Shown here in pieces: positions 38,165 to 51,879 of a stretch of 64,000 nucleotides of DNA. Both the position numbers and the translations under genes were made by a program. This stretch comes from Eledone cirrhosa (taxonomy: Eukaryota). Position 1 is the stretch's first letter, and each line of letters begins with the position of its first letter. The stretch covers positions 415,028,001 through 415,092,000 of the forward strand of contig OZ024740.1 of NCBI GenBank assembly GCA_964016885.1, in the 5' to 3' direction. The notes beneath the pieces were generated by a model. It was not told where the DNA came from, did not search any database, and was given only the letters and a program-made list of their open reading frames with translations.

Positions 38165-38915
38165 AGCCATGCAGCACTCGGCATCAAACCCATCAAGTGC
38201 AAGCCGGAGATCACCTTTTGTCGAGTTAAGTAACACCATATCGTCTGAAAACTCCAGCCGACTAACCCTACACCCGCCAGTAGTGACACCACTTCCAACC
38301 CAGCTGCGCATGCCAATGCTGTTCATGAAAATAATGAAAGGGAGAGGTGACAGTATGCATCATTGGCGCAGTCCGACTCCCACATTGAATAGTTTTGATT
38401 CAGCACCATTTATCCGAACACAAATATCCAGGCATTCGTATAGAGACATCAGAGCAACAAGAAGTTGACCATTGATCCAATACTCTTGCAGAACCTTCTG
38501 CAGCAGGCCCCGAGGAACGCGGTAATACGCTTTTGCGAGATCTACAAAACAAGAATATACCTCTTGACAATACTCCCAAGATTTCTGAAAGAGCTGCCGC
38601 AGTGTGAATATTTGGTCGGTTGTGCTGCGTCCGGGGCGAAAGCCGCACTGTTCATCAGCTAGCTTGGACTCGACAATCTCCCTGATTCTCTTTGCCAAAC
38701 ACTTAGCATAAACTTTACCGGAGAGGCTTAACAAGGAGCTTCCTCTGTAATTGGAACAATCTCTCTTGTCTCCCTTTTTGAAAATTGGAATTATTACTCC
38801 CGATATCCATTGTTTAGGTACCTCTCCAGAGACCCAGGCTGCCTGGCCGAGAAGAGTCAGTCAGAGAATACCTTCTCCATTTAAGACTTTTAACATCTAG
38901 GGCTGGATTTCACCC
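38165..38915 (-). mobile_element. RTE-clade LINE RT fragment
   Basis: LLSLSGKVYAK, EQCGFRPGRSTTDQIFTLRQ, CFVDLAKAYYRVPR, VGLRQ*CILSP, FSDDMVLL. A small plus-strand RTE C-terminal piece follows at about 38950-39030. Confidence 0.88.
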
Positions 38916-39829
38916 CCCCCCCCCCCAGCAGAGATTCTAAGAGAAAACACGATAACTAGCGGTAGACCCCGAGCAAGATGGTTGGATGGCATGCATGAGC
39001 TTGGCTGGTCTCGCTTGGGGATCCAGCCCTCTCAGGAATAAGTGCAAGAAGAAGAAGAAGGCTGAATAGTGAGTTTAACAGACGAAACTCCAGAGTAACA
39101 AGACTCCCTATTCAGCCTTAATACAATGGATATTAAAACTCTTCTTCGGTATTGAGTACTCCTTTCTCTCGGCCGTCAACTTCATACGGACGTATACAGA
39201 TTATAGACTGTCTAAACCACTGGCTTCTAAGAAGTCCACATCGCTTCCTAAAGCAGTATTGGATTAACCTAGTTGCAGGAGTAGCATTTGCTACATGCCC
39301 CGTATTTTCAGGGATTCTGCATTATGTGCTTTATACTAAAGTACTATTCTACCTTTATATAGGCAATATAACGTGAAGAAGCGAGGACTAAAGTATTGGG
39401 CTCACCGTCGTAAGGTCATGGATTCGATAACAGGAGCGAGCAGCACGTTGTGTCCCGAGCTAGGCACTTCATTTCATATCACACCAGTTCACTCAGTCGG
39501 AAAAAAACGATTACTAGCGGCAAGTGGGGATTATCTCCGAGATGATCAGTCGTCCTGTGACATAGATAATCAAGTAGTCCATCTTCTGCCAATAACCTCT
39601 ATACTAGCTCTCACTCGAAAGGTATTCTTTAGCAATTCACGAACAAGAAATAACTAAATAACTGATATACTAAAGGGATACGCAGGGCTGATTTAAGACT
39701 TTTAGAGGCCCTAAGCACTGGAAAGATTGTTTGGCCACCCGTTTCGGGATCCTGGTCCAGCTGTAACATTGGACCATTGTAAATCAAGCCCTGGACAAAA
39801 TTTCTTATGGGAGCCTCCTCTATAATTGA

Positions 39830-40135
39830 TGTCACTTGCACCGACACTTTCTCCAGCTGCAACCTGGTGCAGTCTGTAACTAACCCAGGTTCTGCTGCAC
39901 GTCGGGATGAGGAGGCCTAACTCTCCAAGTATCGTTTGCTCTCCGACAGGTTCGCGATCGTGCCCTTGGCAGTGGAGACTTCTGGTGTCCTTGGCTCTAG
40001 GGCTACCTCCCTACTCACCACCATAGGCTGAGCTGGCCAGCCGCAGGTGTGAGCCTCGCGAGTTGGAATGGCGGGGAAACGCCTTCTCCATTCTGCCCGC
40101 CGGGGCTGTGGTGAGGCCAGCACGTGGGACCCCAT
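39830..40135 (+). mobile_element. CRE-like RLE fragment
   Basis: GTCACTTGCACCGACACTTTC...GCAGTGGAGACTTCTGGTGTCCTTGG; same family as 51880. Confidence 0.7.
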
Positions 40136-40817
40136 TTGCTCACCATACAGAGAGATGGGGAGGGTGAGAAAGATGGAGGCGATGACAATGGGAGTTCGGC
40201 TCTTCCACGTTCGGACCATATCCTTGTGGTTGTGTTCATTAAGCAGTTAATGAGTCTGTTTATGTATAGACTGTAGTTATGCCGCAATATTATTCTAGTA
40301 GTGAAGTGACTTTTCAAGTAAACATCACGCTATTCTTGACAACCGAACCTTTACGTGGTCACTCGAACTACTAGAAATAGCAACTAACTGCCCCCAAAAT
40401 AGCACGTACTTATTTTGCTTAATGGTTAATCTAGGGTTGGAGATAAAAATAAAATATCTCGATGTGACAACTGGTACTACACTCTAGCCGAATATAGAAG
40501 ATGTAACCCACATCATAAGAATCTGTCTGAGAATTTGATCATGATACTGTCTATTCATGGGACATGTTGTTTTGTCAGTAGAATGCGTATTTTATTAATG
40601 ATGTTGTTGGTGTTTAGTTCCAGATCAGTTCTAATCGAGTATATTTCTGATCAGAAGTATTCTAAATTCCAACCGTTACCATCCGTCTTTTTTTGTGCAG
40701 ACGCCGTATTTAGTCCTACATTCTCTTTTAGATTTTGTTTATTTCGGTAATAGAGGAAAATCGTCTTAAACTATAAATATATGTTGATATTTGTTCTCAA
40801 TGATTGGTTCTATAGGT

Positions 40818-41127
40818 CAGGCATATCAAACTGAGGGTCCCCGAGGGCCACATGGTTCACATATGTGTTGTCTGAGGGCCACACGGGTCACATATGTGTT
40901 GTCTGAGGGCCACACGGGTCACATATGTGTTGTCTGAGGGCCACATGGTTCACATATGTGTTGTCTGAGGGCCACATGGTTCACATATGTGTTGTCTGAG
41001 GGCAACACACGACAACTAATTCGGCACATTACAACTAATTTTGCGAAGATAAGACATGCTCGCGCTGTAAAAACCTTTGTGCTGGCCGCAGGTGGTTTTG
41101 TAAAGGGCCGCATGCTTGACATGCCTG
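40818..41127. mobile_element. hAT MITE with an internal 31-bp x5 tandem repeat
   Basis: TIRs CAGGCATATCAA / TTGACATGCCTG; TSD CTATAGGT / CTATAGGC; unit CTGAGGGCCACATGGTTCACATATGTGTTGT. Confidence 0.85.
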
Positions 41128-41489
41128 CTATAGGCCATATATGTTTTAAGGGGTTAAATAAACTTATTGTTTTCAACGCGCCTTGTTATGGTAGTTTCAT
41201 CACTTAGCCATAATAAATGTTTAGCGAGATGTTTATGGATGAGATAGAGGAGGGACGTAACGGGGTGAGGGGGAGAGAGAAAGGGGTGGGGCAAAGGGGA
41301 AGACATGATATGGAAAACATAAAAAGGAAGTGAAAAATATAGGTTATCTGTTATCATTTCTTCTTTGAACTCTCAATTCAGGGTGGATCTAGTGCTGCGC
41401 CATACGGCGGCACGTCTTAAACATTTTATATCTGGGGATCGGGGGGTCCTATCCCATTTCTACTGTTGATTTCTTTCAAGAGAAAAAAA

Positions 41490-41848
41490 GGGGGGGTGAC
41501 AGAAGGGGGGAAAACAAGAGCGAGAATAAATCCCAGTACCAAGGGATTAGGGGGGGGGGTGACAGAAGGGGGGAAGACAAGAACGAGAATAAATCCCAGT
41601 ACCAAGGGATTAGGGGGGTGACAGAAGGGGGAAAACAAGAGCGAGAATAAATCCCAGTACCAAGCGATTAGGGGGTGACAGAAGGGGGAAAACAAGAGCG
41701 AGAATAAATCCCAGTACCAAGGGATTAGGGGGGTGACAGAAGGGGGAAGACAAGAGCGAGAATCAATCCTAGTACCAAGGGATTGGGGGGGGGGGGTGAC
41801 AGAAGGGGGAAGACAAGAGCGAGAATCAATCCTAGTACCAAGGGATTA
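41490..41848. repeat. ~58-bp tandem repeat x6
   Basis: GGGGGTGACAGAAGGGGGAA.ACAAGAGCGAGAATAAATCCCAGTACCAAGGGATTA. Confidence 0.9.
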
Positions 41849-42059
41849 AGTCTTTTTCATGTTTTCCTGCTCCCCATATGTAAAGTCTATAAAAAAGAAT
41901 TTTTATTTGTTGGACTGATAAATAGATTTTATTTGAATAAAATGGTGCCCCACTTCCTTTAATGTCGTAGGTATTTACTTATTTTACTTAATGGTTAAAT
42001 TTTGTAGGCCTCGTTCTTTACTCGTAGGAGTATTGCCAAGATGTATATTCCGAGCAGTA

Positions 42060-42620
42060 TATGACAGCATATGAGCGGGGTGGAGTGGGGGTGGGGTAAA
42101 GTCGAGGTAGGAGTGGGAGTCGGCAGGTTTGAAGAAAGCGGAGGTGATGAGTGAGCAGTAGGAGAGGGTCGATGGCGACGGAGATGTCCAAGAAGTGGAC
42201 GGAGGTGATGGAGATGGAGGTGGTGATGTGAAGGGAGTGATGGAAGCAGTAGAGGGATGAGAGAAAGGAGTCGAGCTGTTGGGGGAAGGAGTGAATTGAG
42301 TTTGTAGTGCTTGGTGGGGGTGAGGAAGGAGGAGAGATCATGGATGAAAAGAAAGATGGCGTGGGCGAAGGAGGGTTTGAGGTAGATACATATGACATAC
42401 AAATACCAAAATCCAGAAAGGTCTCGATAAGTGTTGTATATATATATAGCTAATGGTGAGCGTTGTTACTCTAAAGTTTCACCTGCGCACTCACAGGATC
42501 ACCAGTCCTCTCTGGTGAGGACGCAGGTGAGACTCCAGAGTAACAAGACTTAGCCATAATAAATGAATATTTAAACTCTACTTCGGTATTCAGTTTCTAT
42601 TCTTACGTCCGTCAATAATT
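42060..42620. mobile_element. Penelope-like RT remnant plus short inverted pLTR piece
   Basis: Minus strand FHHSLHITTSISITSVHFLDISV (PLE RT motif). Inverted repeat 42462-42546 carries a decayed hammerhead core; the tail matches 39085-39185. Confidence 0.55.
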
Positions 42621-42625
42621 CACGA

Positions 42626-43054
42626 ACTCTCAGTTCTTGAATAATCGTCCCCACTCCCCGCTTATTAATTTGTCACCCCCCCCCCCCCCCGGTTTTATTC
42701 CCGCACCCACTTTTTAAATTTTGCTAATCTATCTCCGGCGAAATTTTATTGTAAATGATTCATATTGATACAGCAGCTGGAGAATCTAATAATATTTGTT
42801 TCTACTTTAGGCACAAGGCCAGCAATAATCCAGTGCATTACTGGTACTTTATTTTATCGACCCCGTAAGGATGAAAGGCAAAGTCAACCTCAGCGGGATT
42901 TGAACTCAGATCGTAAAGGGACGTATTAAAAAAACACTATATATGATAAAAGAAGAACATTACAAGAAATCCCATATTTATGAACGTACACTATACAATT
43001 ACTGACTCCCCCTCCAATTATTGTTACTCCTACTATTATTTGGGACCCGAGAGT
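42626..43054. mobile_element. Tc1/pogo-type MITE with nested SINE A (42798-42924)
   Basis: Ends ACTCTCAGTTCTTGAATAAT / ATTATTTGGGACCCGAGAGT; the body aligns with 43513-43812. Confidence 0.6.
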
Positions 43055-43512
43055 GCCACCAAACACGCCTCCTCTGTATGTCTATCACACAAAGCTCTCT
43101 TTTAATCCCCCTCTCTGTATATCTACACCCACCAATATCTCCCCCTCTCTATATCTACCATACAACACTCTCTCTCATTGCCTCTCACTCTATCCGTCAA
43201 CCAAAGTCTCCCTCTCTCTATATATATCTCTTCCATCTGTCTCTACATAACATATACATAAATTGTAGCGTATATACAAATAGATGTGTTTTGGTAGTTT
43301 GGGGAGAAAAATATTATTCCCGATGTCATCTCCAGAGATTCTGGTATTGAAATCCAGGACTTGGCAACGGCAATGACAGATCCACGTGGAGATCAATTGT
43401 TGAGATCAATTGTTGAGGCCATTTCGGCTGAGGATGAGGATTACCGGCAAAATTAGTAAAAACAATTTAATAGAAATAAGCACGGTTTTCCGGTCGATTA
43501 AAATAACTTAAG

Positions 43513-43812
43513 TACTCTCAGGTCTTAAACAATTGCCCCTCCCCCCGCTTATCAAATTTTGCTAATCTATCTCCAGTAAAATCTTATTGTGATTTATATT
43601 GATACAGAAGCTGGAGACACCAATAATAATTTTCATTTTACATTAAAAAACATTATATATGACAAAAAAAAAACATTACAAAAAATCCCATATTTTACGA
43701 ACGTACACTATATAATTACCGACCCCTGCCCCGCTTACCCACCTCACCTCGCTTATAAGAATTTAAGCAAATATCCAACACCCGCGCCCCAATTATTTGG
43801 GATCCTAGAGTA
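43513..43812. mobile_element. Tc1/pogo-type MITE, second copy
   Basis: TACTCTCAGGTCTTAAACAATTG / CAATTATTTGGGATCCTAGAGTA. Confidence 0.6.
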
Positions 43813-43831
43813 TTTTACAAAGTATCTAGAT

Positions 43832-44317
43832 CAGGGGCGTGCAACGGGCAGTCCGCGGGCCACAATCCGGTCCTCTAGACCTGTCAGAGTGGCCCGTGGT
43901 GACCGTTTTTAATTTTTATATTGTAAGCTTATTTAGAATTTTTTTCGTAACCGTAATACAAATTTCTGTTAGTTGACCTATACTAAAGGGCTTCACTGAT
44001 AGGGTTATGTGTGTTATAATTTCCCAGTTGACCTATACTAAAGGGCTTCACTGATAGGGTTATGTGTGTTATAATTTCCCAGTTGAACTATACTAAAGGG
44101 CTTCACTGATAGGGTTATGTGTGTTATAATTTCCCAGTTGACCTATACTAAAGGGCTTCACTGATAGGTTATGTGTGTTATAGTTTCCCAACAGTTCCAT
44201 GTTATGGAAGGAAGTTGTGGTGAATCTTTGGAATAGTGCTTAATAAATAATAATGGCCCTAATAATTGTTCCAATGTTCAAAAGTGGCCCGCCAATGGAA
44301 TATGTTGCACAATCCTG
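43832..44317. mobile_element. hAT MITE with an internal 55-bp x4 tandem repeat
   Basis: TIRs CAGGGGCGTGCAAC / GTTGCACAATCCTG; TSD ATCTAGAT / ATCTCGAT; units start at 43971, 44026, 44081 and 44136. Confidence 0.85.
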
Positions 44318-44392
44318 ATCTCGATTTCTCTCTCCCTCTTACTCTCTCTCCCTCTCTCTCCCTCTCTCCCTCTCACTTTTCTCTCTCCCTCT

Positions 44393-44441
<49 letters not shown>

Positions 44442-44615
44442 TCTCTCTATATCTCTCTCTCTCTCTCTGCCCTCCTCACTTATAAACGACTCGCTAAACT
44501 ATAACAGATGTATGGTGAGGTTAATAACGCAATGTCTACTGGGATGTTGAATATTTTGCCTGTTAAATATTCCCGAAGTATAACACACACACACACACAC
44601 ACACGCACACACACA

Positions 44616-44676
<61 letters not shown>

Positions 44677-44699
44677 GCGCAAATATCAGTGTTGCTACG

Positions 44700-45035
44700 G
44701 CCTGCACCAGGTGACTCTAATAGTAAAGGTGACCCCAAAATGATGGTGGTAATCCCCTCATCTGGAACGCAACATGTGGTAACACTTTCTCCGGAGGCAA
44801 CCTGGTGCAGTCGGAACCAGACCCAGGCTTCACTGCCTGACAAGCTGTAAATAGCAAAACTGTTGAAGTATCGGCCGCTTTCTGATAGGTCTGACGTCAG
44901 AGCCATAGCTGTGGAGAATTCCTGTGCTCTTGGTCCTCGAACCACCTCCCTACTTACTCCTATCAGGGCGTTAACCACCCACAGGAGTGAGCCATGCGAG
45001 ATGGAGTAGCTGTTGAAACGGTGAACACTTTCTCC
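44700..45035 (+). mobile_element. Diverged CRE-like RLE fragment
   Basis: Homologous by eye to 39830-40060 (ACACTTTCTCC.G..GCAACCTGGTGCAGTC, GC.GTGGAGA.TTC..GTG..CTTGG). Confidence 0.6.
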
Positions 45036-45037
45036 AG

Positions 45038-48000
45038 CCTGTCCCCTGGGACCACGAGACACCAAAGGACGTCCTCCTACCCTGCCCCCTGGGACCACAA
45101 GACACTAAAGGACATCTTCCTACCCTGCCCCCTGGGACCACGAGACACTAAAGGACATCCTCCTACCCTGCCCCCTGGGACCACAAGACACTAAAGGACG
45201 TCCTCCTACCCTGCCCCCTGGGACCACGAGACACTAAAGGACGTCCTCCTACCCTGCCCCCTGGGACCACGAGACACTAAAGGACATCCTCCTACCCTGC
45301 CCCCTGGGACCACAAGACACTAAAGGACGTCCTCCTACCCTGCCCCCTGGGACCACGAGACACTAAAGGACATCCTCCTACCCTGCCCCCTGGGACCACA
45401 AGACACTAAAGGACATCTTCCTACCCTGCCCCCTGGGACCACGAGACACTAAAGGACGTCCTCCTACCCTGCCCCCTGGGACCACGAGACACTAAAGGAC
45501 GTCCTCCTACCCTGCCCCCTGGGACCACGAGACACTAAAGGACATCCTCCTACCCTGCCCCCTGGGACCACAAGACACTAAAGGACGTCCTCCTACCCTG
45601 CCCCCTGGGACCACGAGACACTAAAGGACGTCCTCCTACCCTGCCCCCTGGGACCACGAGACACTAAAGGACGTCCTCCTACCCTGCCCCCTGGGACCAC
45701 GAGACACTAAAGGACATCCTCCTACCCTGCCCCCTGGGACCACAAGACACTAAAGGACATCTTCCTACCCTGCCCCCTGGGACCACGAGACACTAAAGGA
45801 CGTCCTCCTACCCTGCCCCCTGGGACCACGAGACACTAAAGGACGTCCTCCTACCCTGCCCCCTGGGACCACGAGACACTAAAGGACATCCTCCTACCCT
45901 GCCCCCTGGGACCACAAGACACTAAAGGACGTCCTCCTACCCTGCCCCCTGGGACCACGAGACACTAAAGGACGTCCTCCTACCCTGCCCCCTGGGACCA
46001 CGAGACACTAAAGGACGTCCTCCTACCCTGCCCCCTGGGACCACGAGACACTAAAGGACATCCTCCTACCCTGCCCCCTGGGACCACGAGACACCAAACA
46101 ACGTCATCCTACCCTGCCCCCTGGGACCACGAGACACTAAAGGACGTCCGCCTACCCTGCCCCCTGGGACCACGAGACACTAAAGGACATCCTCCTACCC
46201 TGCCCCCTGGGACCACAAGACACTAAAGGACGTCCTCCTACCCTGCCCCCTGGGACCACGAGACACCAAACAACGTCCTCCTACCCTGTCCCCTGGGACC
46301 ACGAGACACCAAACAACATCCTCCTACCCTGCCCCCTGGGACCACGAGACACCAAAGGACGTCCTCCTACCCTGCCCCCTGGGACCACGAGACACCAAAC
46401 AACGTCCTCCTACCCTGTCCCCTGGGACCACGAGACACCAAACAACATCCTCCTACCCTGTCCCCTGGGACCACGAGACACTAAAGGACATCCTCCTACC
46501 CTGTCCCCTGGGACCACGAGACACCAAACAACGTCCCCCTACCCTGCCCCCTGCGACCACGAGACACTAAAGGACATCCTCCTACCCTGTCCCCTGGGAC
46601 CACGAGACACCAAACAACATCCTCCTACCCTGTCCCCTGGGACCACGAGACACCAAACAACGTCCTCCTACCCTGCCCCCTGGGACCACAAGACACTAAA
46701 GGACATCCTCCTACCCTGTCCCCTGGGACCACGAGACACCAAACAACGTCCCCCTACCCTGCCCCCTGGGACCACGAGACACCAAACAACGTCCTCCTAC
46801 CCTGTCCCTGGGACCACGAGACACCAAACAACGTCCTCCTACCCTGCCCCCTGGGACCACGAGACACCAAACAACGTCCTCCTACCCTGCCCCCTGGGAC
46901 CACGAGACACCAAACAACGTCCCCCTACCCTGCCCCCTGGGACCACGAGACACTAAAGGACGTCCTCCTACCCTGCCCCCTGGGACCACGAGACACCAAA
47001 CAACGTCCTCCTACCCTGCCCCCTGGGACCACGAGACACCAAACAACGTCCTCCTACCCTGTCCCCTGGGACCACGAGACACCAAACAACGTCCCCCTAC
47101 CCTGCCCCCTGGGACCACGAGACACCAAAGGACGTCCTCCTACCCTGCCCCCTGGGACCACGAGACACCAAACAACGTCCTCCTACCCTGCCCCCTGGGA
47201 CCACGAGACACCAAACAACGTCCTCCTACCCTGCCCCCTGGGACCACGAGACACCAAACAACGTCCTCCTACCCTGTCCCTGGGACCACGAGACACTAAA
47301 GGACGTCCTCCTACCCTGTCCCCTGGGACCACGAGACACCAAACAACGTCCTCCTACCCTGTCCCCTGGGACCACGAGACACCAAACAACGTCCTCCTAC
47401 CCTGCCCCCTGGGACCACGAGACACCAAACAACGTCCTCCTACCCTGTCCCCTGGGACCACGAGACACCAAACAACGTCCTCCTACCCTGCCCCCTGGGA
47501 CCACGAGACACCAAACAACGTCCCCCTACCCTGCCCCCTGGGACCACGAGACACCAAAGGACGTCCTCCTACCCTGCCCCCTGGGACCACGAGACACCAA
47601 ACAACGTCCTCCTACCCTGCCCCCTGGGACCACGAGACACCAAACAACGTCCTCCTACCCTGTCCCCTGGGACCACGAGACACCAAACAACGTCCCCCTA
47701 CCCTGCCCCCTGGGACCACGAGACACCAAAGGACGTCCTCCTACCCTGTCCCCTGGGACCACGAGACACCAAACAACGTCCCCCTACCCTGCCCCCTGGG
47801 ACCACGAGACACCAAACAACGTCCTCCTACCCTGTCCCCTGGGACCACGAGACACCAAACAACGTCCCCCTACCCTGCCCCCTGGGACCACGAGACACCA
47901 AAGGACGTCCTCCTACCCTGTCCCCTGGGACCACGAGACACCAAACAACGTCCCCCTACCCTGCCCCCTGGGACCACGAGACACCAAACAACGTCCCCCT

Positions 48001-51000
48001 ACCCTGCCCCCTGGGACCACGAGACACCAAACAACGTCCCCCTACCCTGCCCCCTGGGACCACGAGACACCAAACAACGTCCCCCTACCCTGCCCCCTGG
48101 GACCACGAGACACCAAACAACGTCCCCCTACCCTGCCCCCTGGGACCACGAGACACCAAACAACGTCCCCCTACCCTGCCCCCTGGGACCACGAGACACC
48201 AAACAACGTCCTCCTACCCTGTCCCCTGGGACCACGAGACACCAAACAACGTCCCCCTACCCTGCCCCCTGGGACCACGAGACACCAAAGGACGTCCTCC
48301 TACCCTGCCCCCTGGGACCACGAGACACCAAACAACGTCCTCCTACCCTGTCCCCTGGGACCACGAGACACCAAACAACGTCCTCCTACCCTGCCCCCTG
48401 GGACCACGAGACACCAAACAACGTCCTCCTACCCTGTCCCCTGGGACCACGAGACACCAAACAACGTCCCCCTACCCTGCCCCCTGGGACCACGAGACAC
48501 CAAAGGACGTCCTCCTACCCTGCCCCCTGGGACCACGAGACACCAAACAACGTCCTCCTACCCTGCCCCCTGGGACCACGAGACACCAAACAACGTCCTC
48601 CTACCCTGTCCCCTGGGACCACGAGACACCAAACAACGTCCTCCTACCCTGTCCCCTGGGACCACGAGACACCAAACAACGTCCCCCTACCCTGCCCCCT
48701 GGGACCACGAGACACCAAAGGACGTCCTCCTACCCTGCCCCCTGGGACCACGAGACACCAAACAACGTCCTCCTACCCTGCCCCCTGGGACCACGAGACA
48801 CCAAAGGACGTCCTCCTACCCTGTCCCCTGGGACCACGAGACACCAAACAACGTCCCCCTACCCTGCCCCCTGGGACCACGAGACACCAAACAACGTCCT
48901 CCTACCCTGTCCCCTGGGACCACGAGACACCAAACAACGTCCCCCTACCCTGCCCCCTGGGACCACGAGACACCAAAGGACGTCCTCCTACCCTGTCCCC
49001 TGGGACCACGAGACACCAAACAACGTCCTCCTACCCTGTCCCCTGGGACCACGAGACACCAAACAACGTCCCCCTACCCTGCCCCCTGGGACCACGAGAC
49101 ACCAAAGGACGTCCTCCTACCCTGTCCCCTGGGACCACGAGACACCAAACAACGTCCTCCTACCCTGTCCCCTGGGACCACGAGACACCAAACAACGTCC
49201 CCCTACCCTGCCCCCTGGGACCACGAGACACCAAAGGACGTCCTCCTACCCTGTCCCCTGGGACCACGAGACACCAAACAACGTCCTCCTACCCTGTCCC
49301 CTGGGACCACGAGACACCAAAGGACGTCCCCCTACCCTGCCCCCTGGGACCACGAGACACCAAAGGACGTCCTCCTACCCTGTCCCCTGGGACCACGAGA
49401 CACCAAACAACGTCCTCCTACCCTGTCCCCTGGGACCACGAGACACCAAACAACGTCCCCCTACCCTGCCCCCTGGGACCACGAGACACCAAAGGACGTC
49501 CTCCTACCCTGTCCCCTGGGACCACGAGACACCAAACAACGTCCCCCTACCCTGCCCCCTGGGACCACGAGACACCAAAGGACGTCCTCCTACCCTGTCC
49601 CCTGGGACCACGAGACACCAAAGGACGTCCTCCTACCCTGCCCCCTGGGACCACGAGACACCAAACAACGTCCCCCTACCCTGCCCCCTGGGACCACGAG
49701 ACACCAAACAACGTCCCCCTACCCTGCCCCCTGGGACCACGAGACACCAAACAACGTCCCCCTACCCTGCCCCCTGGGACCACGAGACACCAAAGGACGT
49801 CCTCCTACCCTGCCCCCTGGGACCACGAGACACCAAAGGACGTCCTCCTACCCTGCCCCCTGGGACCACGAGACACCAAACAACGTCCTCCTACCCTGTC
49901 CCCTGGGACCACGAGACACTAAAGGACATCCTCCTACCCTGTCCCCTGGGACCACGAGACACTAAAGGACATCCTCCTACCCTGTCCCCTGGGACCACGA
50001 GACACCAAACAACATCTTCCTACCCTGCCCCCTGGGACCACGAGACACTAAAGGACATCCTCCTACCCTGTCCCCTGGGACCACGAGACACTAAAGGACA
50101 TCCTCCTACCCTGTCCCCTGGGACCACGAGACACCAAACAACATCTTCCTACCCTGTCCCCTGGGACCACGAGACACCAAACAACATCTTCCTACCCTGC
50201 CCCCTGGGACCACGAGACACTAAAGGACATCCTCCTACCCTGTCCCCTGGGACCACGAGACACCAAACAACGTCCTCCTACCCTGCCCCCTGGGACCACA
50301 AGACACTAAAGGACATCCTCCTACCCTGTCCCCTGGGACCACGAGACACTAAAGGACATCCTCCTACCCTGTCCCCTGGGACCACGAGACACTAAAGGAC
50401 ATCCTCCTACCCTGTCCCCTGGGACCACGAGACACTAAAGGACATCCTCCTACCCTGTCCCCTGGGACCACGAGACACCAAACAACATCCTCCTACCCTG
50501 TCCCCTGGGACCACGAGACACCAAACAACGTCCCCCTACCCTGCCCCCTGGGACCACGAGACACCAAACAACGTCCCCCTACCCTGCCCCCTGGGACCAC
50601 AAGACACTAAAGGACATCCTCCTACCCTGTCCCCTGGGACCACGAGACACCAAACAACATCCTCCTACCCTGTCCCCTGGGACCACGAGACACCAAACAA
50701 CGTCCCCCTACCCTGCCCCCTGGGACCACGAGACACCAAACAACGTCCCCCTACCCTGCCCCCTGGGACCACAAGACACTAAAGGACATCCTCCTACCCT
50801 GTCCCCTGGGACCACGAGACACCAAACAACATCTTCCTACCCTGCCCCCTGGGACCACGAGACACCAAAGGACGTCCTCCTACCCTGTCCCCTGGGACCA
50901 CGAGACACCAAACAACGTCCTCCTACCCTGTCCCCTGGGACCACGAGACACCAAACAACGTCCCCCTACCCTGCCCCCTGGGACCACGAGACACCAAAGG

Positions 51001-51406
51001 ACGTCCTCCTACCCTGCCCCCTGGGACCACGAGACACCAAACAACATCCTCCTACCCTGTCCCCTGGGACCACGAGACACCAAACAACATCCTCCTACCC
51101 TGTCCCCTGGGACCACGAGACACCAAACAACGTCCCCCTACCCTGCCCCCTGGGACCACGAGACACCAAAGGACGTCCCCCTACCCTGCCCCCTGGGACC
51201 ACGAGACACCAAACAACGTCCCCCTACCCTGCCCCCTGGGACCACGAGACACCAAACAACGTCCTCCTACTCTGCCCCCTGGGACCACGAGACACCAAAC
51301 AACATCCTCCTACCCTGTCCCCTGGGACCACGAGACACCAAACAACGTCCCCCTACCCTGCCCCCCGGGACCACGAGACACCAAACAACGTCCTCCTACC
51401 CTGTCC
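45038..51406. repeat. 43-bp GC-rich minisatellite, roughly 148 copies
   Basis: Unit CCCTG(C/T)CCCCTGGGACCACGAGACAC(TAAAGG/CAAACA)AC(G/A)TCC(T/C)CCTA; GGG anchors at 45048 and 45091 give the period. Confidence 0.98.
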
Positions 51407-51468
51407 GTGCTTGTGTCCATGGAGTAACGATGATTGAGTATTCTTTCAAGTGTTTTATAATTGTTTTC

Positions 51469-51643
51469 TTGGCAGTATCGGTAGAGCGTCGAACAACATG
51501 TTTTGCAGCATTGAGTTATGACCCTTTACGGTCTGAGTTCAAATTCCGGCGACGATAGCTTTGCCTTTCATTCTTACGGGGTCGATTTAATCGACTTTCC
51601 CCTGCCCCAAATTGCTGGCCTTGTGCCTATAGTAGAAACAATT
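51469..51643 (+). mobile_element. SINE family A (diverged)
   Basis: Matches the 13023 consensus with an internal deletion. Confidence 0.75.
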
Positions 51644-51879
51644 ATTTTGTATATAGAAGTACGACATCATATGGTATCTATCTCTCTCTCCGCCTCTTTC
51701 ATTACATTTAACAAACAAAAAATATCACACGAAATATATAAAAGTTGTAAGTCTGACACCTCCGTTGGTGTATCATGAAGGTGGCGGGGTGGTTGTGACT
51801 GGATTGCTGGAGAGAATGGAAGTGAATGGCTACCTCACGTACACGGTACATTGAACAAACAACTCTTGGAACATAATAG

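Noticed and set aside
45038-51406. CRISPR-like regular repeat
   Set aside because: Units are contiguous with no unique spacers, there are no cas genes, and the context is eukaryotic.
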